This document shows positions 60,285 to 64,000 of a DNA stretch of 64,000 bases, one piece after another. The DNA is taken from assembly GCA_963664015.2 (NCBI GenBank), contig CAXXLF010000002.1:2080001-2144000 (forward strand). The letters run 5' to 3'. The notes under the pieces are model-generated. The model was not told the DNA's origin and did not search any database. It worked only from the letters and a program-made list of their open reading frames with translations. Source of the stretch: Candidatus Binatia bacterium. GTDB taxonomy: Bacteria; Desulfobacterota; Binatia; UBA9968; CAXXLF01. The number at the start of each line of letters is the position of its first letter. Positions within the stretch are counted from its first letter, which is position 1. The translations under genes and the position numbers were made by a program.

Positions 60285-61439
60285 CTATGAGGTAGCATTT
60301 TTCGGTCGATAAACGGCCTGCTCCTCATCGGAAAGGAGGCGTTCCGTGATCGTTAAATCGATGCTCTTATTCATTTCCGGATCCCTCACCAGAGCTAAGG
60401 GGTCCCCTCCTTGTTGCACGATAGAAATCTGGTCCGCCAAAAGCTTACGGTAGAGAATGACCCCCTGATCGGACTCACCCAGGTGCTCCTTCATCCGATT
60501 GAAGATCGGGCCTTGGGTTTCCCAGGCCATGCGGTCCTGGCTTTGAATGCTTTGCATGTGAAACTCCCCTTCTTCGTTCTTGTGTGGGTCGTATCTCACT
60601 GGGGGATCCTCTGAGCCCTCCATCCTTCCACCCGCTTTCAACTGGGAAGCATAAAGTGTGTAGACCAGCATGTGGGTATCGTCGACGGGGGCATACCACC
60701 TCAGAAAGCGGGGATGTCTAAGGATATTGGGAAAAATCAAAAGGTGCCCAGCCTCAGGGTCTTCTCCCGTATAAGTCCTTTTCTTTCGTAGGCCCCATTC
60801 GGTTTGTTCGACTTCGAATTTTTCAATGGATCGGTACAGGTAGGCCCCTTGGTTGATTTCCTGGGTCTTCATCGCGTGGCCATGGAGAAAGTAGGTGTGA
60901 AGAGGGTCTGCTGAATTTTCCGCCGCCTGAAGCCAGTTGCAGTGAATAACCGGTGTGCTGATGGAAATGGTTCTTTTGAAGCCCTCATTCACCGTCATAT
61001 CCCAGCGCGGGAGTAGAGGCTTTTCGTCAAGCGGACCCATATACGCGAATAGAAGTCCCGCCAACTTCTCGACAGGGTATGCCTTCTGGCATATTTTGCT
61101 TTTAAAATCTGGGTTACTTTCGAAGGGCTGCTCCACGCATGTTCCGCTGGAATCGTACTTCCAGCCGTGGTAAGCGCACCGAATCCCATCCTCCTCCACA
61201 AACCCATAGTAAAGTGACGCCCCCCGGTGCGAGCACTGTTCTTCCAGAAGTCCGAATCTTCCCTGCCTATCGCTGTAAAGGACCAGGTCCTCCCCCAATA
61301 ATCTGACCCGTTTCTTGGGCTTCTCCTCTGTCAGCTCGCACGCGGCTGCAATAGGATGCCAGTAGCGGCGCAACAACTCACCGCACAGAGTTCCAGGCCC
61401 GACTTTCGTTAATAGCTCGTTCGTTTCGTGATTTAACAC
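60285..61439 (-). CDS. Rieske non-heme iron oxygenase (phthalate 4,5-dioxygenase/LigX-like)
   Basis: VGPGT..GELLRRYWHP, CSHRG...CAYHGW, ENSADPLHTYFLH, QD..AWETQG, EHLG.SD. Confidence 0.92.
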   Translation of the reverse strand: MLNHETNELLTKVGPGTLCGELLRRYWHPIAAACELTEEKPKKRVRLLGEDLVLYSDRQGRFGLLEEQCSHRGASLYYGFVEEDGIRCAYHGWKYDSSGTCVEQPFESNPDFKSKICQKAYPVEKLAGLLFAYMGPLDEKPLLPRWDMTVNEGFKRTISISTPVIHCNWLQAAENSADPLHTYFLHGHAMKTQEINQGAYLYRSIEKFEVEQTEWGLRKKRTYTGEDPEAGHLLIFPNILRHPRFLRWYAPVDDTHMLVYTLYASQLKAGGRMEGSEDPPVRYDPHKNEEGEFHMQSIQSQDRMAWETQGPIFNRMKEHLGESDQGVILYRKLLADQISIVQQGGDPLALVRDPEMNKSIDLTITERLLSDEEQAVYRPKNATS

Positions 61440-61851
61440 CTTGCTCTCCCCCTTGCGTTTGTGCCTTGAGTCATCCGTAGACCGGGGTTGCGCAGTCAGC
61501 TGTTACCGTGCCCCTCTATCGTTGCTTCAGGCAATATGGAGGTACTTTACGACAAGTGGGAATTCTAAATCAAGTGTGAATCAGATCGCAGGTAGCAAGC
61601 AGATAGATAAGTCGTGCAAATTGTGATGGAAGCGGATGGCCAGAACTAACCTGATGGGTACAGGGGCAGACGTTACGATTCCCAACTGGGTGAAAGGGGG
61701 GGGTGGGGGGGGGCCGTTCAATCAGAATTTGAAGGTTGGGTGGCTCTAAGGGGGGGGCGCAGTCCCAGGCTCTTTTTAGAATTTCCAAGCATTTATCCCT
61801 ATTTGTACCCCTGTTGCCGCCCTTGCTCAAACAGTTTCTTATAATAATCAC

Positions 61852-61972
61852 GATACCCCTTTTCGGAGCCCGAGTTGTAGCCCTCGCCGAAACCGTCGCT
61901 GAAGGGGTCCTTAGGGAGCGTTATGGTAGGGGGGGAGAGGTGGGTTACAACGGGCCTTCGTGGGCAAAAAGG
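61852..61972 (+). ncRNA. Candidate structured RNA (long interrupted hairpin), family unknown
   Basis: Nested stems with G-U pairs only on the + strand; TATAAT at 61840-61845. Confidence 0.3.
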
Positions 61973-62008
61973 TTGAGGCCGCCCCAGGTGGTGGATTCAA
62001 CCAGGTGG

Positions 62009-62761
62009 CTAAAATAACTGATCGAATGTTTGGATGGTGAGGTGTCTGGAATGGTCCGGAACCACGCTCCCCGGTCGGAGGCACAAAACTGTTTGCATCA
62101 ATGCCGAGCGTGCCGCGTCCAGTTCCTCGACGACGTCAGAGACAAAGAGAATCTCTGCGGGATCCATCCCCAGCTCGGCTGCAATTCGGCGGTAGCTCTT
62201 CTTCTCCCGCTTTGCCCCTATGGTGGTGTCGAAATTGGCACGAATAAACCTGGTTAGGTCACCATGGTCGGTGGTTTTGAAGATCAGCCGTTGCGCCAGA
62301 ACGCTGCCTGAAGAGAAGATGCAAATGCATGTTTTTTGTTTGGTCCATCTCTCGAAGGCCGGGGCAACATCGGCGTAAACCTGACCACGGAGTTCTCCCG
62401 ACCGGTAACCGGACTGCCAAATCTTACCTTGCAGCGACTTCAGGGTTGTGACTTTACGATCCCGGTCTATTAACCAATGGATGTAGTGGACGACGGAGAC
62501 TAGGGTCCTACTAATATCGTGCAGACCTGATTGCCACAAAGGAGGATCAAGATCAGCGCTCAAGTCCGATTGATATTGTTTCCACAACCCTTCGAGATCG
62601 GAACGAACTTCTAGGGTGTGGCTGTTCTTTCGAAGATAGGCCTCAACGTGTTCCCGAGCGAAGGGAAAAAGGACGTCGGTCACAAATGTTATAGGTGAAG
62701 TCGTCCCCTCGATGTCTAGAATGACGGCCTGGAAGGTCTTGCTGGATATTGAAGCGGCCAC
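62009..62761 (-). CDS. mtnC: Enolase-phosphatase E1 (acireductone synthase)
   Basis: LDIEGTT..I.FV.DVLFP, DRK.T.LK.LQG.IW, SSGSV.AQ, FDT..G.K, LFVSD. Confidence 0.95.
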   Translation of the reverse strand: MAASISSKTFQAVILDIEGTTSPITFVTDVLFPFAREHVEAYLRKNSHTLEVRSDLEGLWKQYQSDLSADLDPPLWQSGLHDISRTLVSVVHYIHWLIDRDRKVTTLKSLQGKIWQSGYRSGELRGQVYADVAPAFERWTKQKTCICIFSSGSVLAQRLIFKTTDHGDLTRFIRANFDTTIGAKREKKSYRRIAAELGMDPAEILFVSDVVEELDAARSALMQTVLCLRPGSVVPDHSRHLTIQTFDQLF

Positions 62762-62762
62762 C

Positions 62763-63329
62763 TCAGCTCTTGGCGGGCTGGACGGCGATATATTGGGGAC
62801 CTAGGCACACGGGCTCGTAGCCTTTATCGACTCCACTCTGGGTATAATGGGGTGTCCAGCCCGCAGGATCCTGGAACAAACGAATGCATCGTATTTCTCT
62901 TTCGCCGCACAAGTGAAACCAGTGGTGAGTATCCTTGGGGACACGAATGAGATCACCGGCTGCCATTTCGATGGCTACGACCGGCCCCTGGCTGGGACGA
63001 ATATGAAAGAGCCCACGGCCATGAATGACAAATCTCACCTCGTCTTCGTCGTGCCAGTGCTCTCGATCGAATTTGGCGAGCATTGCGTCAAGCCCGGCGG
63101 TTTTGGGATTCACGTCAATGACATCGGCTGTGACGTACCCACCACTCGCTTTGAGCTTTTCGATTTCCTTGCCATAGGCTTTGAGCACAGCCTCTTCTGG
63201 ATCGTCCTGGGCCACCGGCTGGCTGGGTTCCCACTGCTCGTAATCGATTCCCATATTTTTCAAATATCGGGCTATGCTTTCAGAATCGGTGATGGTTCGA
63301 TTCTCGTCGGGGATTCTCAAAACGGCCAT
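62763..63329 (-). CDS. mtnD: Acireductone dioxygenase
   Basis: [26 protein letters not shown]...GW. Confidence 0.94.
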   Translation of the reverse strand: MAVLRIPDENRTITDSESIARYLKNMGIDYEQWEPSQPVAQDDPEEAVLKAYGKEIEKLKASGGYVTADVIDVNPKTAGLDAMLAKFDREHWHDEDEVRFVIHGRGLFHIRPSQGPVVAIEMAAGDLIRVPKDTHHWFHLCGEREIRCIRLFQDPAGWTPHYTQSGVDKGYEPVCLGPQYIAVQPAKS

Positions 63330-63343
63330 CAGTGAAGTGCTCC

Positions 63344-64000
63344 TTAGCGCTTTGCTATTGCCAGGCGACTCGCCTGTGGAACCGTGGCGGCGCTGCCGGC
63401 TTCAATCCCGATTGTTCGTCCCCTGACTTCCAACAAGAACTCCAGAATTTCCACATGGCGTTTGGCCTCGCTGAGGTCTCGTCCCCAGGTGTATAGGCCG
63501 TGGCCGCGTAGCAGGACCCCGTGGCAGTAGGGGTATTGCTCCAGTATTGCCTGGACCTCTTTGCTCAAGGCCGACATGTCCTGTGAATTCGCCACAATTG
63601 GGAGCCATTCCTGGTACTCATGGGTGGCCACACCTCGGAGACCCTTCAACATCTCGTAACCTGCGAGGGTGAGCCCGCCTTGGGCGGCTTCCCGTTCGGA
63701 AAGCAATGTGCCCCACACCGAGTGAGTGTGGAGAACGGCGTTCGCCCCAAGGTGGTTAGTGATCATGAGATGCAGTTTTGCTTCGGCGGAGAAACGGTGC
63801 GAGCCTTCTATGACTTTCCCGGACTCGTCAATTTGTACGATTTGCTCCGCACGAAGATTGCTCTTATCGATCCCCGTGGAGGTGATGGCAAGGCGCAAGG
63901 GATTTCGATTGACCACTGCGCTGAAGTTACCGCTTGTCCCCAGGGCCCATCCCCGTTGGCATAGCTCGCGTCCCACCTGGGAAAGGTGTTCGGCGATCCT
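63344..64000 (-). CDS. mtnB: Methylthioribulose-1-phosphate dehydratase (start beyond the window edge)
   Basis: [34 protein letters not shown]. Confidence 0.94.
   Translation of the reverse strand, partial: RIAEHLSQVGRELCQRGWALGTSGNFSAVVNRNPLRLAITSTGIDKSNLRAEQIVQIDESGKVIEGSHRFSAEAKLHLMITNHLGANAVLHTHSVWGTLLSEREAAQGGLTLAGYEMLKGLRGVATHEYQEWLPIVANSQDMSALSKEVQAILEQYPYCHGVLLRGHGLYTWGRDLSEAKRHVEILEFLLEVRGRTIGIEAGSAATVPQASRLAIAKR

Noticed and set aside
61852-61972. 6S RNA, SRP RNA or glycine/c-di-GMP riboswitch identity for the hairpin
   Set aside because: Shorter than typical 6S and not in its usual context; lacks the SRP domain IV motif and ordered riboswitch consensus

Overview
Chromosomal window from a GC-rich bacterium with a deltaproteobacterial-like gene order (priA-def-fmt-rpe; HTH-pilM...pilQ-aroCKB-TPR-aroQ). 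The exact taxon cannot be established from the sequence. Intact modules: urea ABC transporter plus urease (urtCDE-ureDABC-ureFG, no ureE, alphaproteobacterial-looking), ligA, a TPR-lipoprotein/LolB-like/peptide ABC operon, greA, a double-length UvrA, an Mrp-DUF971-DUF59 Fe-S module, tRNA-Pro(CGG), shikimate genes, SAM decarboxylase plus a membrane-fused aminopropyltransferase, a Rieske oxygenase and methionine-salvage genes mtnBDC. Between them lie about 15 decaying accessory genes with nonsense codons, frameshifts and internal deletions, several of which seem to join at short microhomologies. One such deletion collapses the pilMNOPQ operon into a pilM/pilQ chimera. Best hidden signals: (1) a DsbA-family gene missed by the ORF track, with a UGA-Pro-Phe-Cys active site followed by a well-formed SECIS-like hairpin (a likely selenoprotein, now decaying); (2) the recurring deletion scars; (3) a roughly 115-nt rod-like hairpin downstream of a TATAAT (candidate ncRNA); (4) 7/8-mer periodic and palindromic elements at gene junctions. 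No CRISPR array, prophage or intact transposon was seen, and I cannot claim a wholly new system with confidence.
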